From NCBI GenBank assembly GCA_033763455.1, contig JANRKO010000023.1, forward strand, positions 192,001 through 256,000: DNA of 64,000 bases, written 5' to 3'. The DNA comes from Polyangiaceae bacterium. Its GTDB lineage: Bacteria > Myxococcota_A > Polyangia > Polyangiales > Polyangiaceae. The notes under the pieces were generated by a model. That model was not told the origin of the DNA, made no database searches, and saw nothing but the letters and a program-made list of their open reading frames with translations. Made by a program: the position numbers and the translations under genes. Within the stretch, counting starts at the first letter, position 1; each line of letters starts with the position of its first letter. This document shows, in pieces, positions 50,168 through 60,500 of the stretch.

Positions 50168-52195
50168 TTACTTCATGGACGGCTCGGCCAAAGCTAGCTG
50201 CACAACCTTTTCGAATGCCGCAAGTGACTGAGCGCCTCCCACCACGTAGCCGTTCACTACGGAAGTTGGAGTGCCTCGGATATTCAAGGCTTCCGCAGCG
50301 TCAGAGTCTTCATAGATCACGGCGCGGTGGCGTCGATCATCCAGAGCTTGCTGAAAGCGCTTAATATTGAGCCCAAGCTTTGCGGCGTATTCCTCCAGGT
50401 GGGCGCGGCCAAGCTTAGTGCGATCTTGGAACAACAATTCCTCCATCTTCCAGAAACCGACGTCTCCGCGCTGAGCGAATGCCTCGAGAGCCGCCTCCGC
50501 GGCGAGCGGTGCATCTGGGTGGAACGGCAACGGCAGGTTTCTCCAAACGATTCGGATCTGACCCGGATGTAGCTTCTCCAAGGCCTGCAGTGTCCCGCGA
50601 ACCCGCTCACAGAATGGGCACTGAAAGTCGCTAAAAATGTCAATCGTGACCTTCGCCCGGGGCGAGCCTCGTGCAGGCCGAGCTGCCTTGGTGGGTGCGA
50701 GCTTCACGCGTTTAGGCTCCGGCGCTGAAGCCACCTGCGCCGTCTTCAAGACCTCCTCATACAACGCCTCCGCCTTCACGCCCTTAGCTATCAGCGCTTT
50801 AGCCTCAGCTAAGCGCTCGTCAATGATGGCCACAAAACTCGCCGCGGGTTGGGCCCCCATCAAGCGTCGACCATTAATAAAAAACTGCGGAGTGCCCTCG
50901 ACCTCAAGATCAGCGGCCAACATTTGGTCTTTCAAGAGCAAACGATCAAGCTCCGCCGATGCGCGCTGCTTGGCATCTTTGAGAACGCTGCCTGGCAAAC
51001 CGAGCTCCTTGGCAATCGCCGCATAGCGCTCTTCACCGAGCTCAGTTTGCTTCTCAAACAACCGATGCGCTACCTGCCAGAATTTCTCATTGCCTTGAGT
51101 CACGAACACGCGCGCTGCAAAACGGGCAGCTGGGGTGGCTTCTTGATGAAATGGCAGCGGAGTGTGCTTGAACACCACACGCAAATCATCGCCATATTGC
51201 TTCTTCACTTCCGCTAGCGTCTGTTCGGCGCGCGCACAAAATGGGCACTGAAAATCCGTGAACATCACTAGGGTGACAGGTGCAGTTGCCGGACCTTCCA
51301 CGGGGGAACCATCGATGGGCACTCGATAAACGGTCAGATCGGGACCGGGATCTTCATCCTCTGGCAGGACTTTGGCAGCGTCAGCCTTAGCCTCAGCGTC
51401 TAGGTTCTTTTGCGTCCGCGCGCGGTAAATGGCGTTGGCATCTCCAAGCGGTTTAGGAAGCGCTCCAATTTCAGCGAGCTCCCGATCAATGATTTCTGAA
51501 AATGCTGAAAGCGGCTGCGCACCCACAAGACGGCGACCATTGATTAGGAAAGCTGGAGTTCCAGAAAGGCCCACGTGTTCGGCCACCGCGGCGTCCCCCA
51601 CCACCTTGGCGCCGTACTCCGGGGCATTTTGCGCAGCCTCCGCCTCTTGTTGCGCCATGCCGAGCTCTTCTGCCCAGGCTTTGAGATTCTCTGGAGAAAG
51701 ATTCTGATTCTCAGTGTAAAGCTTCGCGGAGTAGCGCTCGAACGCGGATGTGCCGAGCCGCTCGTAAACGGCCTGCGCCATCGCAGCCGCATCGTGGGCG
51801 TGCTCATGAAATGGCAGAGGGAGGTTCTTGATCACCCACCGAACCGTGTTCGGATAGCGCTCCTTTACCTCCGAGAGCGTGGGCTGCACGCGCGCACAAA
51901 ACGGACATTGGTAATCCGAAAAGACCACGATCGTAATCGGCGCATCCGGATTTCCCAAGATTGGGTCCCGCTTTCCGATCGGCACCAGAGCATCCGGCAC
52001 CGCGTAACTCAGAGGCTTTTTGGCGATTTTCGCCTGAGCAACACTTGGCGGCGGAACACTCGCGGCTGGCGCGGTCGGCGCACAACCAAAACAGAAAGCC
52101 AGACCAAGCACGAACCAAAGTGAGCGAAGCAACATTAAGGAGACGCTAGTCCGCCAAGCTTCAGAGGCCAATCTTTCGTTCAAGGGAACGCACAA
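50168..52195 (-). CDS. DsbA-family lipoprotein with three thioredoxin domains (start uncertain)
   Basis: Three D[FY]QCPFC motifs, each followed by PLPFH and GTP. Confidence 0.9.
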   Translation of the reverse strand: MCVPLNERLASEAWRTSVSLMLLRSLWFVLGLAFCFGCAPTAPAASVPPPSVAQAKIAKKPLSYAVPDALVPIGKRDPILGNPDAPITIVVFSDYQCPFCARVQPTLSEVKERYPNTVRWVIKNLPLPFHEHAHDAAAMAQAVYERLGTSAFERYSAKLYTENQNLSPENLKAWAEELGMAQQEAEAAQNAPEYGAKVVGDAAVAEHVGLSGTPAFLINGRRLVGAQPLSAFSEIIDRELAEIGALPKPLGDANAIYRARTQKNLDAEAKADAAKVLPEDEDPGPDLTVYRVPIDGSPVEGPATAPVTLVMFTDFQCPFCARAEQTLAEVKKQYGDDLRVVFKHTPLPFHQEATPAARFAARVFVTQGNEKFWQVAHRLFEKQTELGEERYAAIAKELGLPGSVLKDAKQRASAELDRLLLKDQMLAADLEVEGTPQFFINGRRLMGAQPAASFVAIIDERLAEAKALIAKGVKAEALYEEVLKTAQVASAPEPKRVKLAPTKAARPARGSPRAKVTIDIFSDFQCPFCERVRGTLQALEKLHPGQIRIVWRNLPLPFHPDAPLAAEAALEAFAQRGDVGFWKMEELLFQDRTKLGRAHLEEYAAKLGLNIKRFQQALDDRRHRAVIYEDSDAAEALNIRGTPTSVVNGYVVGGAQSLAAFEKVVQLALAEPSMK

Positions 52196-52273
52196 CTGGC
52201 CAGGCTATCCGATCGGACAGCGACGGCCACGGCTTGCCCTCCCCCAATTGACGTATTTTGCGGACGAATGCTT

Positions 52274-52290
52274 CAGGCACGGCGTTCGCA
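52274..52290 (+). promoter_or_regulatory. Sigma54-like -24/-12 promoter
   Basis: CAGGCACGGCGTTCGCA against consensus YTGGCACGRNNNTTGCW: 2 mismatches, GG-N10-GC intact. Confidence 0.55.
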
Positions 52291-52302
52291 ACGGCTTGGG
52301 CC

Positions 52303-53886
52303 ATGAACATGAGCCGCCATGAACCCGCCGCCACTATCAGTGGGCCACCCCTCGGCCTCGGGAACGCTCACACCAGCGTGTTGGTCGGGTTGGAGGCTCA
52401 CCCGATCTCTGTGGAGGTGTGTTGCACTCGCGGCCCATCGCTGTTTCAGATGGTGGGCCTCCCCGAGGCCGCCGTCCGCGAAGCAAGAGTACGTGTTGCT
52501 AGTGCACTCGCCGGCATCGGCGTATTGCTAGATGAGTACGCCATTACCGTTAATCTGGCGCCCGCAGATCTGCGCAAAAGCGGAGCGGCGCTAGATCTAC
52601 CGCTTGCGATTGCCGTCCTCACCGCTGTACACGCGCTACCTGAGGGCGCGCTTGCAGAGTGCTTGCTCCTCGGTGAGCTTGGCCTGGATGGAGAGTTACG
52701 TGCGGTCCGCGGAGTACTGCCTCAGGTAGATGCTGCTCGAATGCGAGGGCTCACGCAAGCAATCGTGCCCTCGCCGAATGCCAAGGAAGCAGGGCAGGTT
52801 CTTGGCATCGACATTCGTGCCGCACGGTCGCTGCGAGAGGTTGTGGATTTTTGCCTCGAAAAGCGTCAACTTCCTGCGGCCCCGCGCGCCGAGTTTAGCC
52901 CCGAAGATCCCGAGTCTGCTTACGGCGACCTCGCTGATGTCCGCGGCCAAGCGGGCGCTAAACGTGGCCTCGAAATCGCGGCTGCCGGCGGGCACAACCT
53001 TTTGATGATGGGGCCACCTGGCTCGGGGAAAACACTGCTGGCGCGGCTGCTGCCAACGCTTTCCCCTCCGCTCACCCTCGACGAAGCGCTGGATATCACC
53101 AAGATCCATAGCGTTGCCGGCCTTTTGGAAAGTGAGCAAGGCATCGTCCGAAAGCGCCCATTTCGTGCGCCCCACCATTCGGTGAGTGAAGCAGGCTTAG
53201 TCGGAGGCGGAGAGGTGCCACGCCCAGGTGAAGTGACCTTGGCACACCGCGGTGTGCTGTTCTTGGATGAGCTCACCGAGTTCCGGCGTTCGGCCCTTGA
53301 AGCCTTACGACTCCCCTTAGAAGACGGTGTGGTCTGCATCGCTCGGGCTCGCGCGCGTGCTTGGTTTCCTTGCCGCCCGGTCGTCGTGGGCGCGACGAAC
53401 CCCTGTAATTGCGGGTATTTGGGCCATCCCAAACGCACGTGTCGCTGCAGCACCAAACATATCCTTGCCTATCGTGCGCGCCTCTCGGGGCCAATCGTAG
53501 ATCGCCTCGATGTGCACCTGTCGGTGCCTCCAGTCGACGTCCGCGCGCTCACATCGAGAGCAACGGGGGAATCCTCCCGCACTGTGCGAGAACGCGTCAT
53601 CTTGGCCAAAGAACGACAACACAAGCGTGCACACTTCCACCAACTCCCAAGCAGTACCAACGCACACCTTTCGCTCCAGGAGCTCGAAGTCGTGGCGCCC
53701 TTGGACAACGAAAGCCGAAGGTTGATCGAATGCGCGATGACGGAGCTTAGCTTAAGCGCACGGGCGTACGTAAAAGTACTCCGAGTTGCGCGCACCATCG
53801 CAGATCTCGAAGGTGAGGAGCACGTGCGCGCTCCACACCTCGCAGAAGCCATCCAGGGCAGGCTCCTGGATCATCGCCAGTTCTAA
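52303..53886 (+). CDS. comM: YifB/ComM AAA+ helicase (Mg-chelatase-like)
   Basis: ITVNLAPADLRK, GPPGSGKT, PFRAPHHS, GVLFLDE, NPCNCG and LRVARTIADL. Confidence 0.93.
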   Translation: MNMSRHEPAATISGPPLGLGNAHTSVLVGLEAHPISVEVCCTRGPSLFQMVGLPEAAVREARVRVASALAGIGVLLDEYAITVNLAPADLRKSGAALDLPLAIAVLTAVHALPEGALAECLLLGELGLDGELRAVRGVLPQVDAARMRGLTQAIVPSPNAKEAGQVLGIDIRAARSLREVVDFCLEKRQLPAAPRAEFSPEDPESAYGDLADVRGQAGAKRGLEIAAAGGHNLLMMGPPGSGKTLLARLLPTLSPPLTLDEALDITKIHSVAGLLESEQGIVRKRPFRAPHHSVSEAGLVGGGEVPRPGEVTLAHRGVLFLDELTEFRRSALEALRLPLEDGVVCIARARARAWFPCRPVVVGATNPCNCGYLGHPKRTCRCSTKHILAYRARLSGPIVDRLDVHLSVPPVDVRALTSRATGESSRTVRERVILAKERQHKRAHFHQLPSSTNAHLSLQELEVVAPLDNESRRLIECAMTELSLSARAYVKVLRVARTIADLEGEEHVRAPHLAEAIQGRLLDHRQF

Positions 53887-53949
53887 CTTCGCGGCTAAGC
53901 GCGAAGGCAGAGAAAAGCAGCAACAAGCAGAGAAACAGGTACGAAAGCC

Positions 53950-55029
53950 ATGAAAAACACAAAAGAACCCAATCCCAAAAGCAGCGAAATCGCATCAATC
54001 ATTGGCGACATCGAGAAGAACTTCGGCAAAGGCGCCATCATGCAACTCGGAGCCGAAAGCACCGAACCCATCGAGACGTTCAGCACAGGGGCCCTTTCGC
54101 TCGACGAAGCGCTCGGTGTCGGCGGCTATCCGCGCGGCCGCATCATCGAGATCTATGGGCCAGAATCGAGCGGCAAAACCACACTCACCCTCCACGCGCT
54201 CGCGCAAGCGCAGGCTAAAGGATGCACTGCTGCTTTCATCGATGCCGAACACGCGTTCGACGTACGCTATGCCAAAGCGCTCGGGGTGAATTTGGAGTCC
54301 CTGCTCATCTCTCAGCCAGATTGTGGAGAGCAGGCGCTCGACATCGTGGAAGCATTGACCCGTTCGGAGGCCATCGATCTTGTTGTTGTTGATTCGGTCG
54401 CCGCCCTGGTGCCACGAGCTGAACTTGAGGGGGACATGGGCGACAGCCACATGGGGCTCCATGCGCGCCTGATGAGCCAGGCGTTGAGAAAGCTGGCTTC
54501 CCTGGCACACAAGACCAACACCACGTTAATCTTCATCAACCAACTCCGCCAGAAGATCGGGGTTACCTTTGGTAGCCCAGAAACCACCACCGGAGGCAAT
54601 GCACTGAAATTCTACGCCAGCGTGCGGCTTGATGTTCGGCGGATCGGCAAGGTTACTGTAGGGGAAGTCGCTATTGGCAACCGCACCCGAGTGAAGGTGG
54701 TGAAAAATAAGTGCGCTCCGCCATTCGCCGAGGCCGAGTTCGATATCCGCTGGGGTACGGGCATCGATCGTGATGCAGATCTTGTGGAGCTCGCCTGCGA
54801 GCGCGGAGTCTTCGAGAAACATGGCGCCCACCTCAGCTTTGCTGGCAAGAGCCTGGGGCAAGGCAGGGATAAGACGCGCGACACTGTTTTGGCGGATCCC
54901 GCGCTCCGGCAGGCGGTGACTCAAGCAGTGTTTTCAACGTTGAAGTGCAAGGCAACAACTCCAACAAGCTCCGCGCCAACTGCCAAGGCGACCCCCTCAA
55001 GCGAAGCTAAGGAGCGTAAAGCTGCGTAG
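53950..55029 (+). CDS. recA: Recombinase A
   Basis: [25 protein letters not shown] and [14 protein letters not shown]. Confidence 0.97.
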   Translation: MKNTKEPNPKSSEIASIIGDIEKNFGKGAIMQLGAESTEPIETFSTGALSLDEALGVGGYPRGRIIEIYGPESSGKTTLTLHALAQAQAKGCTAAFIDAEHAFDVRYAKALGVNLESLLISQPDCGEQALDIVEALTRSEAIDLVVVDSVAALVPRAELEGDMGDSHMGLHARLMSQALRKLASLAHKTNTTLIFINQLRQKIGVTFGSPETTTGGNALKFYASVRLDVRRIGKVTVGEVAIGNRTRVKVVKNKCAPPFAEAEFDIRWGTGIDRDADLVELACERGVFEKHGAHLSFAGKSLGQGRDKTRDTVLADPALRQAVTQAVFSTLKCKATTPTSSAPTAKATPSSEAKERKAA

Positions 55030-55062
55030 CATCCCCGCCGTTCGCGCGCGCCTCCTGCACAC

Positions 55063-55119
55063 GAGCCGCCCGGTGAGCTCTTCCTACTTCGAAATGAACG
55101 GTAGGCTCACCGGGGGCTC
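55063..55119. terminator. Long hairpin between convergent recA and hsp20
   Basis: GAGCCGCCCGGTGAGC ... GCTCACCGGGGGCTC. Confidence 0.55.
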
Positions 55120-55123
55120 TACA

Positions 55124-55585
55124 TTAGCCCGTGGACACGTTGATGCGCTTGGGCTGCCGCTCTGGCCGCTTGGGCAGCGTGAGGGTCAGGACGCCGTCCT
55201 TAAGCTCCGCGGTTACCGCGTCGCCATTTACGCCATCACCGAGCACGAAGGTTCGGGTAAAGGTGCCGAAGCTACGCTCAAACGTGTGGTAAGTTTCAGT
55301 ATTCTGAACCGTCTCAGATTCACGTTTTCCGCTCACCACTAGTCGATCGTTCTCTAGCTTCAGATCCAGATCCGCCTCCTTCACACCGGGCAAATCTGCT
55401 CGAATTAGGAACGCTTCTTTGGTTTCCTTTACTTCAAACGGAGGAGCAAACGAGCTTTCGCGAGCGACCCTCGCGGTCTGCGTGTCGCCCCAAGGATCCC
55501 AGCTTAGAAATTGGCTGAGGGACTGCAAGGGGTGGGTGTAGTGGCGCTGGGTTTCGGGGGTTCGGTGCAAACTAATTGTGGCCAT
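55124..55585 (-). CDS. Hsp20/alpha-crystallin small heat-shock protein
   Basis: ADLPGV, ERSFGTFTRTF and AELKDGVLTLTLPK; AAAGGAGG RBS before ATG 55585. Confidence 0.93.
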   Translation of the reverse strand: MATISLHRTPETQRHYTHPLQSLSQFLSWDPWGDTQTARVARESSFAPPFEVKETKEAFLIRADLPGVKEADLDLKLENDRLVVSGKRESETVQNTETYHTFERSFGTFTRTFVLGDGVNGDAVTAELKDGVLTLTLPKRPERQPKRINVSTG

Positions 55586-55706
55586 GACGCGGCCTCCTTT
55601 CGTAAGGCTGAGACAACGGAGGGCCACGTAGTTGCACGCTGCAACCCAGAGCCACTCCTACCTGAAACGCGGCGTTCTACGGGGAAGCGCTCGCGTCTGG
55701 GCAGGA

Positions 55707-55737
55707 AGGTAAGTCGCACCGGACCCCGGTCAAGGGG
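55707..55737 (-). promoter_or_regulatory. RpoH/sigma32-like promoter of hsp20
   Basis: Minus strand reads CCCCTTGA-N16-CTTACCT. Confidence 0.5.
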
Positions 55738-55843
55738 TGCCCACCCTAGGGACCCTACTTACTTCGTGGGGCGCTAAGGGGCCCACCTAGGTAGGCCTCC
55801 ACTACAAGCCCCTCCCCTACGAGTTCCGAGGAAGCCAGCGCGC

Positions 55844-57223
55844 CTACACCAGGCCCGAAAGGGGCCCCGTGCACCAATCGGCTTTTCCGAAACTGCTGTC
55901 CGGAATGCCCATCGCATTGACGAGGGAGAGCAGCAAATTGTTATGAGGCACGTTACCCGAGAATTGCATGTACCTATTCGTCTTGAGGTTGCCACCCGCG
56001 CCACCAGCCAATACGTAGGCGGCGTCCGTGCGGGAATGCGCGTTGCCTTTGGCCAATTCATTGCACCAAAGCACCAGGCTGTTGTCGAGCATCGTTCCTG
56101 TCCCTTCGGGAACCTTCGCCAGAAGGTCCAGGAAATAGGCGAACTGCTCTGCGTACCAGATATTAATCAGCGTCAGCTTCTCGACGGTGTCGGCAACATC
56201 ATCCCCATCGTGCGACATATCGTGGTGGCCACGCGTGATACCGGCGTTCAACCAGCTAAAGGTGGCGCCACCTACGGACCGATTGAACATCAAGCTCGCG
56301 ACGCGCGTTTGGTCGCATATCAGCGCCATCGCGGCGAGATCCATTTGCAGCTTGCCCACAACGGGGAAGTTCTCGTTCTTCTTCACGTCCAGGGGAGTAC
56401 CCAGGCTGGGCACCGCACAGGAAGCCGTCGCGCTTGAGCTAGTGGCCGCGGGGACATTCAGTCGACTTTCGATATCGCGGATGGCCGTTAGATGTGCGTC
56501 GAGCTTCTCGCGATCCGCCTGCCCCAACCTCTTATTCAGCGAAATGTAGTCTTCCATGGCGGCGCCCAGAACCTCCTTACGCCGCTGAACTAGCAATTGG
56601 TCGGCCGCCGTGGGCCCAGTGCCACTGGGTGTGAAACCAGTAAAAATGCGGTCAAATGCCACATATGGGCTCTGCTCCGGAGGAACCGGCTGATCGGGCG
56701 CCGCGTAGCTCATCCGATTCCAGTTATCCCCATTGCTGCCTGACTGCACCGATAGCTCAAGGGAACGAAACTTGGTTTGCGTGCCGATAACCTGAGCAAT
56801 GTGCTGATCGACGCTGATTCCGTTGGCCCAGCCCGCAGTTCCTCCGTCACCGCCCATGAAGGGACCGGCGTTGAGCATTTCTCCAGTCAACATGCCACCC
56901 ATGCCGTTCTGGTGCCCATCCCCGCCGCCACCTTGCTGGTCAACGCCTTGAATCACGTTAAGCTGCGCTTTGTGGCGCTCGAGGGGTTTTAGAATTCTCG
57001 ATAACGTCCAATCATTGAGCCCTCCCGTGGGGGCCCAAGCGCTCGGGATCGTCCCATTCGGGCTGAAGAACACGAAGAAACGTAGCGGAGCCCCGCTCGC
57101 GGAGTATCCGGGCTTGGCCTGGGCCGAGGCCCGCTCCACGCGGCCCATGATGTCGAGGAATGGCAGTGAAATGGCGACGCCGCCTGCTCCACGCAGAACT
57201 GTTCTTCGGCTGAGAGCCTTCAC
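55844..57223 (-). CDS. DUF1552 domain protein with Tat-like signal
   Basis: SRRTVLRGAG, ISVDQ, CDQTRVAS and GTMLDNSLVLW. Confidence 0.88.
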   Translation of the reverse strand: MKALSRRTVLRGAGGVAISLPFLDIMGRVERASAQAKPGYSASGAPLRFFVFFSPNGTIPSAWAPTGGLNDWTLSRILKPLERHKAQLNVIQGVDQQGGGGDGHQNGMGGMLTGEMLNAGPFMGGDGGTAGWANGISVDQHIAQVIGTQTKFRSLELSVQSGSNGDNWNRMSYAAPDQPVPPEQSPYVAFDRIFTGFTPSGTGPTAADQLLVQRRKEVLGAAMEDYISLNKRLGQADREKLDAHLTAIRDIESRLNVPAATSSSATASCAVPSLGTPLDVKKNENFPVVGKLQMDLAAMALICDQTRVASLMFNRSVGGATFSWLNAGITRGHHDMSHDGDDVADTVEKLTLINIWYAEQFAYFLDLLAKVPEGTGTMLDNSLVLWCNELAKGNAHSRTDAAYVLAGGAGGNLKTNRYMQFSGNVPHNNLLLSLVNAMGIPDSSFGKADWCTGPLSGLV

Positions 57224-58953
57224 GGTGTCACCGCCTTTCGGTACAGGAACGCATCTGTTTTGGTGAACGCCAACAGCAAAGACTGCATACGATTATTGTC
57301 TGCCTTCATCGCGCTCTTCAGTTGAGCCACCGAGCAGGCGTCTTCGGGTGTTTCGCTTCGGCCAAACGCATAACGAAACCACTCCGTGGCCACGCAATCA
57401 TTTACTGCTGCGCTCTGCGCGAGCTTTGCGCCAAGCTCTACCGTACCATCGAACGTGCCATCAACGTCGGTAGCCTTGAGTTCTCCCGCCCCGGAAACTA
57501 CTTTACCGTTCTCCATGTCGCGGTAGCGCCCGACAGGATCCCAGTGCTCAAAGCCGAGCCCAATTGGGTCCATGAGTCCGTGGCAACCTGAGCACGCCGC
57601 ATCGGCTGAATGTTGGGTGAAACGCTCCCGGGTGGAAAGCTTTGGATCAAGCTCAGGAGGCGTGATCACCAAGTTGGCAGGCGGTGGCGGCAGAAGCTGG
57701 CAAAGGAATTGTTCGCGCACAAACTTGCCGCGATGCACGGGTGAGGTCTGAAGCGGCTTGGCTTGCACCGCGAGGATGCTCCCTTGTGAAAGAAGACCAG
57801 CGCGCTTAACGCCATCGGTGGTCACCTTAGCAAAAGTGGCCTGGCCCGAGTCAGCAACACCGTAGAACTTTGCCAGATCACTGTTCAAGAACGTGTACGG
57901 AGCGGTGAGGAGTGCGCCCACGGTGCCTTCACCATCCCAAAAAACGTGATCCACAAAACCCCGAGTTTCGCTCAGGAACATTGCCGGCACAGTGGTCGTG
58001 TAACCCGCGTAAACCTTTGGGTCTCGTTCTATCGCCGCCACGGGCCCAAGCCCGAGCCATTGGTCATGAAAATCCGCCACTGTTCCGCGCGTGCGCGCAT
58101 CGCTCAGCAAACGCGCGGCTTCGGTGGCCAGCCCCGCGGGTGTGTTCAGGCTACCCATTTGCGCGGCCGTTCTCAGCGCTGCATCTGGCATACTGCCCAC
58201 GAACAAATACGAAAGCCTGCTAGCGAGCTCCCAACTGCTCAGCTTTACGGTGCCCGCAACCGGCGTCCCTTCACCAAACTCCGCTCGATACAGGAAGCTC
58301 GCGGACTGGAGCATGGCTTCAATCACCATCTCGATGCCTGCGCGAAAGTCCTGATTCAGCTTGCCCCACTGGTAGGTCTTTGCAAAACGTGTCTGTTCCT
58401 CAGCGGTAATCGGCCGACGAAACGCACGCTCACCAAAATCGGCGATAAACTTCGCTGCACAACCATCCTGATCCGCGGCCGGATCGCACGGCAAAAGCTT
58501 CGCCATGTCGGCCGTGGCGGTAAGCGCCAACTTCTCGGCGGCGGACATATACTGCTCTACTAACAACGTGGACGTAGTGAGAGCCACGGCGTTATTGTTG
58601 AAACCTAGAGCCGTCTCCTCCGCGACAAAGCCGAGCGCCGGAGCTGTGGCGTCATTCAGGAGCTCTTTAACCGTCCCGTTGTATTCGCGGCGTGTCAGGC
58701 GCCGAATCGGAGACGGACCGGGGAACTTAGCGGCCCCACAGTCTGCTGCGGTGGGTGCCACAACGGTGGGCAGCATGCCTCCGGCTCCCGGGGTCGAGCT
58801 CGTGCTGGTGGGCGAACTTCCGGGCAAATTCTCGGAACCATTGGCTCCGAGCGGCGTTTTTGAACCGGTGGGCCCAACTTGGGCCTCGCATCCGTAGGCG
58901 AGGACACTGCCTAGCAGAGCGAGCGCACTGAAGAGTTTCTGGTGTGGATCCAT
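57220..58953 (-). CDS. DUF1592/DUF1588-family lipoprotein with a CxxCH motif
   Basis: RRLTRREY, ELASRLSY, TSPVHRGKFVRE and CSGCHGLMDPIG. Confidence 0.88.
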   Translation of the reverse strand: MDPHQKLFSALALLGSVLAYGCEAQVGPTGSKTPLGANGSENLPGSSPTSTSSTPGAGGMLPTVVAPTAADCGAAKFPGPSPIRRLTRREYNGTVKELLNDATAPALGFVAEETALGFNNNAVALTTSTLLVEQYMSAAEKLALTATADMAKLLPCDPAADQDGCAAKFIADFGERAFRRPITAEEQTRFAKTYQWGKLNQDFRAGIEMVIEAMLQSASFLYRAEFGEGTPVAGTVKLSSWELASRLSYLFVGSMPDAALRTAAQMGSLNTPAGLATEAARLLSDARTRGTVADFHDQWLGLGPVAAIERDPKVYAGYTTTVPAMFLSETRGFVDHVFWDGEGTVGALLTAPYTFLNSDLAKFYGVADSGQATFAKVTTDGVKRAGLLSQGSILAVQAKPLQTSPVHRGKFVREQFLCQLLPPPPANLVITPPELDPKLSTRERFTQHSADAACSGCHGLMDPIGLGFEHWDPVGRYRDMENGKVVSGAGELKATDVDGTFDGTVELGAKLAQSAAVNDCVATEWFRYAFGRSETPEDACSVAQLKSAMKADNNRMQSLLLAFTKTDAFLYRKAVTP

Positions 58954-59169
58954 CGGGGCTCCTGAGGAACGGCGGGGGCGGCCGTTACGGGACGCGAGTA
59001 TACCGGCCGAGCCATCGGTTGGAGCAAAGGACTGGTACCCAGTCGTATCAATTTCGCACTTATGTGGGAGTTGTTGGCGCCAGGGCGAAAAATTCCGGCC
59101 CGGACCGCTAATGTAGCTACCTTCGCATACGTTAGCTCACTCCTCTTTCCCCCGGGCTCGCTCCCGCGA

Positions 59170-60441
59170 TCACACCTGGACCGGTGGACGGAGGAGAGCC
59201 GCAACCTCGACGTGGTGGGTTTGAGGGAACATCTCGAACCCACGCATCCCGGTTAACGTCCATCCCGCGCGGGACAACACACGAACATCTCTCGCGAGCG
59301 TTTCCGGGCAGCACGACACGAGGATTATCGCCTTGGTCGCGCAGCGTGCCGCAAGGCCCACGTGCGCCCCAAAGCCAGCCCTTGGAGCGTCCACAAGGAT
59401 GAGATCAGTCAGCTCGCCCTGCTTCGTTTCAAGCCAGGAGCCAGCATCCGCCGCAATGAATTGACCACACAAGCCCTGCTCATTGCTTGCGCGGGTTGCA
59501 GCCTCCACGGCGAAGGCATCAAGCTCCACGCCCAGCCCCGTGAGGCCTCCCTTTAGCAATGGAAGGGAAAAATTACCGACCCCGCAAAACAGATCCCAAA
59601 AGCTGCGCGCGCCGCTCGCTAACGCCTGTTCCGTCACCCATTGAACAAGGCGCGCGTTCATGGCGAAATTAACTTGAACGAAACTCCCAAGTGGCGCGTA
59701 AACAAAAAGGTCCTGGCTCAGGGGAAACCGCTGCACACTCTGGGTCGGCGTGCCCGCAACCTGCACGCAAACTCCTTCAAACAGAACTTTCAAAGATTCA
59801 CCATCGTGCAGCGAGCCCGGCCCCGCCCCCATCGGCACCACATACATGCCCAACCGCCCATCGAGATCGCAGGCTCGCAACTCTATGAATCGAACACCTT
59901 TCCACGCATCTAGCGGCCGCTTTAGCAGAGGCTTGAGAGCCGCCCTAAGCGACGGCTCCAGCACCGCACAACCCTCACTCTTGTGGCCGTTGAAAAACGT
60001 TAACTCGGAGCGCTCATTAACACGGAGCCGGATGCGGTTGCGATAGCCCAGCTCCGGCCCTGCTTCTAGCTCAACAGGTACCTCGGGGAGCGACTGAGCG
60101 CAGAACGCATGCCGGATTCGATCGAGCAAGACCGCACGCTGGGACATTGGGTCGAGGCTCATCAAGGTGCAGCCGCCACAGGCTTCTTGGACAACACACG
60201 GCGCGACGCGGCGGCCTTCGGCACCCTTCTCAAGTGTCCACGTCCTGAGTTTTCGACCCTGGGCCGGCAACGTTACTGAGAGTTTGTCCCCAGGAACTGG
60301 GCCTTTGGCGACGAACCAATCCTCACCCACCCGAACCCGCGCATGGCCCCGTGCGTCCAAAGAGACCACGGTTCCAGGGCGAGTGAGCTTCGCTCCTTCA
60401 GGGGACATTTCGCCCGCCTGGGTACCACGATTGTTGGCCAT
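59170..60441 (-). CDS. RNA (uracil-5)-methyltransferase, RlmD/TrmA family
   Basis: CVVQEACGGC, YRNRIRL, DLFCGVGNF, VSCCPETLARD and MFPQTHHVE. Start trimmed to avoid overlap with the divergent gene. Confidence 0.85.
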   Translation of the reverse strand: MANNRGTQAGEMSPEGAKLTRPGTVVSLDARGHARVRVGEDWFVAKGPVPGDKLSVTLPAQGRKLRTWTLEKGAEGRRVAPCVVQEACGGCTLMSLDPMSQRAVLLDRIRHAFCAQSLPEVPVELEAGPELGYRNRIRLRVNERSELTFFNGHKSEGCAVLEPSLRAALKPLLKRPLDAWKGVRFIELRACDLDGRLGMYVVPMGAGPGSLHDGESLKVLFEGVCVQVAGTPTQSVQRFPLSQDLFVYAPLGSFVQVNFAMNARLVQWVTEQALASGARSFWDLFCGVGNFSLPLLKGGLTGLGVELDAFAVEAATRASNEQGLCGQFIAADAGSWLETKQGELTDLILVDAPRAGFGAHVGLAARCATKAIILVSCCPETLARDVRVLSRAGWTLTGMRGFEMFPQTHHVEVAALLRPPVQV

Positions 60442-60500
60442 GGCCTGCGGGGTTCCGCAAAAGATTTTTCGATCTTGAGGGACAAAGCTAGGGTGCCAGG

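Noticed and set aside
53887..53949. LexA box or terminator before recA
   Set aside because: No match to the Myxococcus-type LexA box as I recall it, and the hairpin lacks a U-tract.
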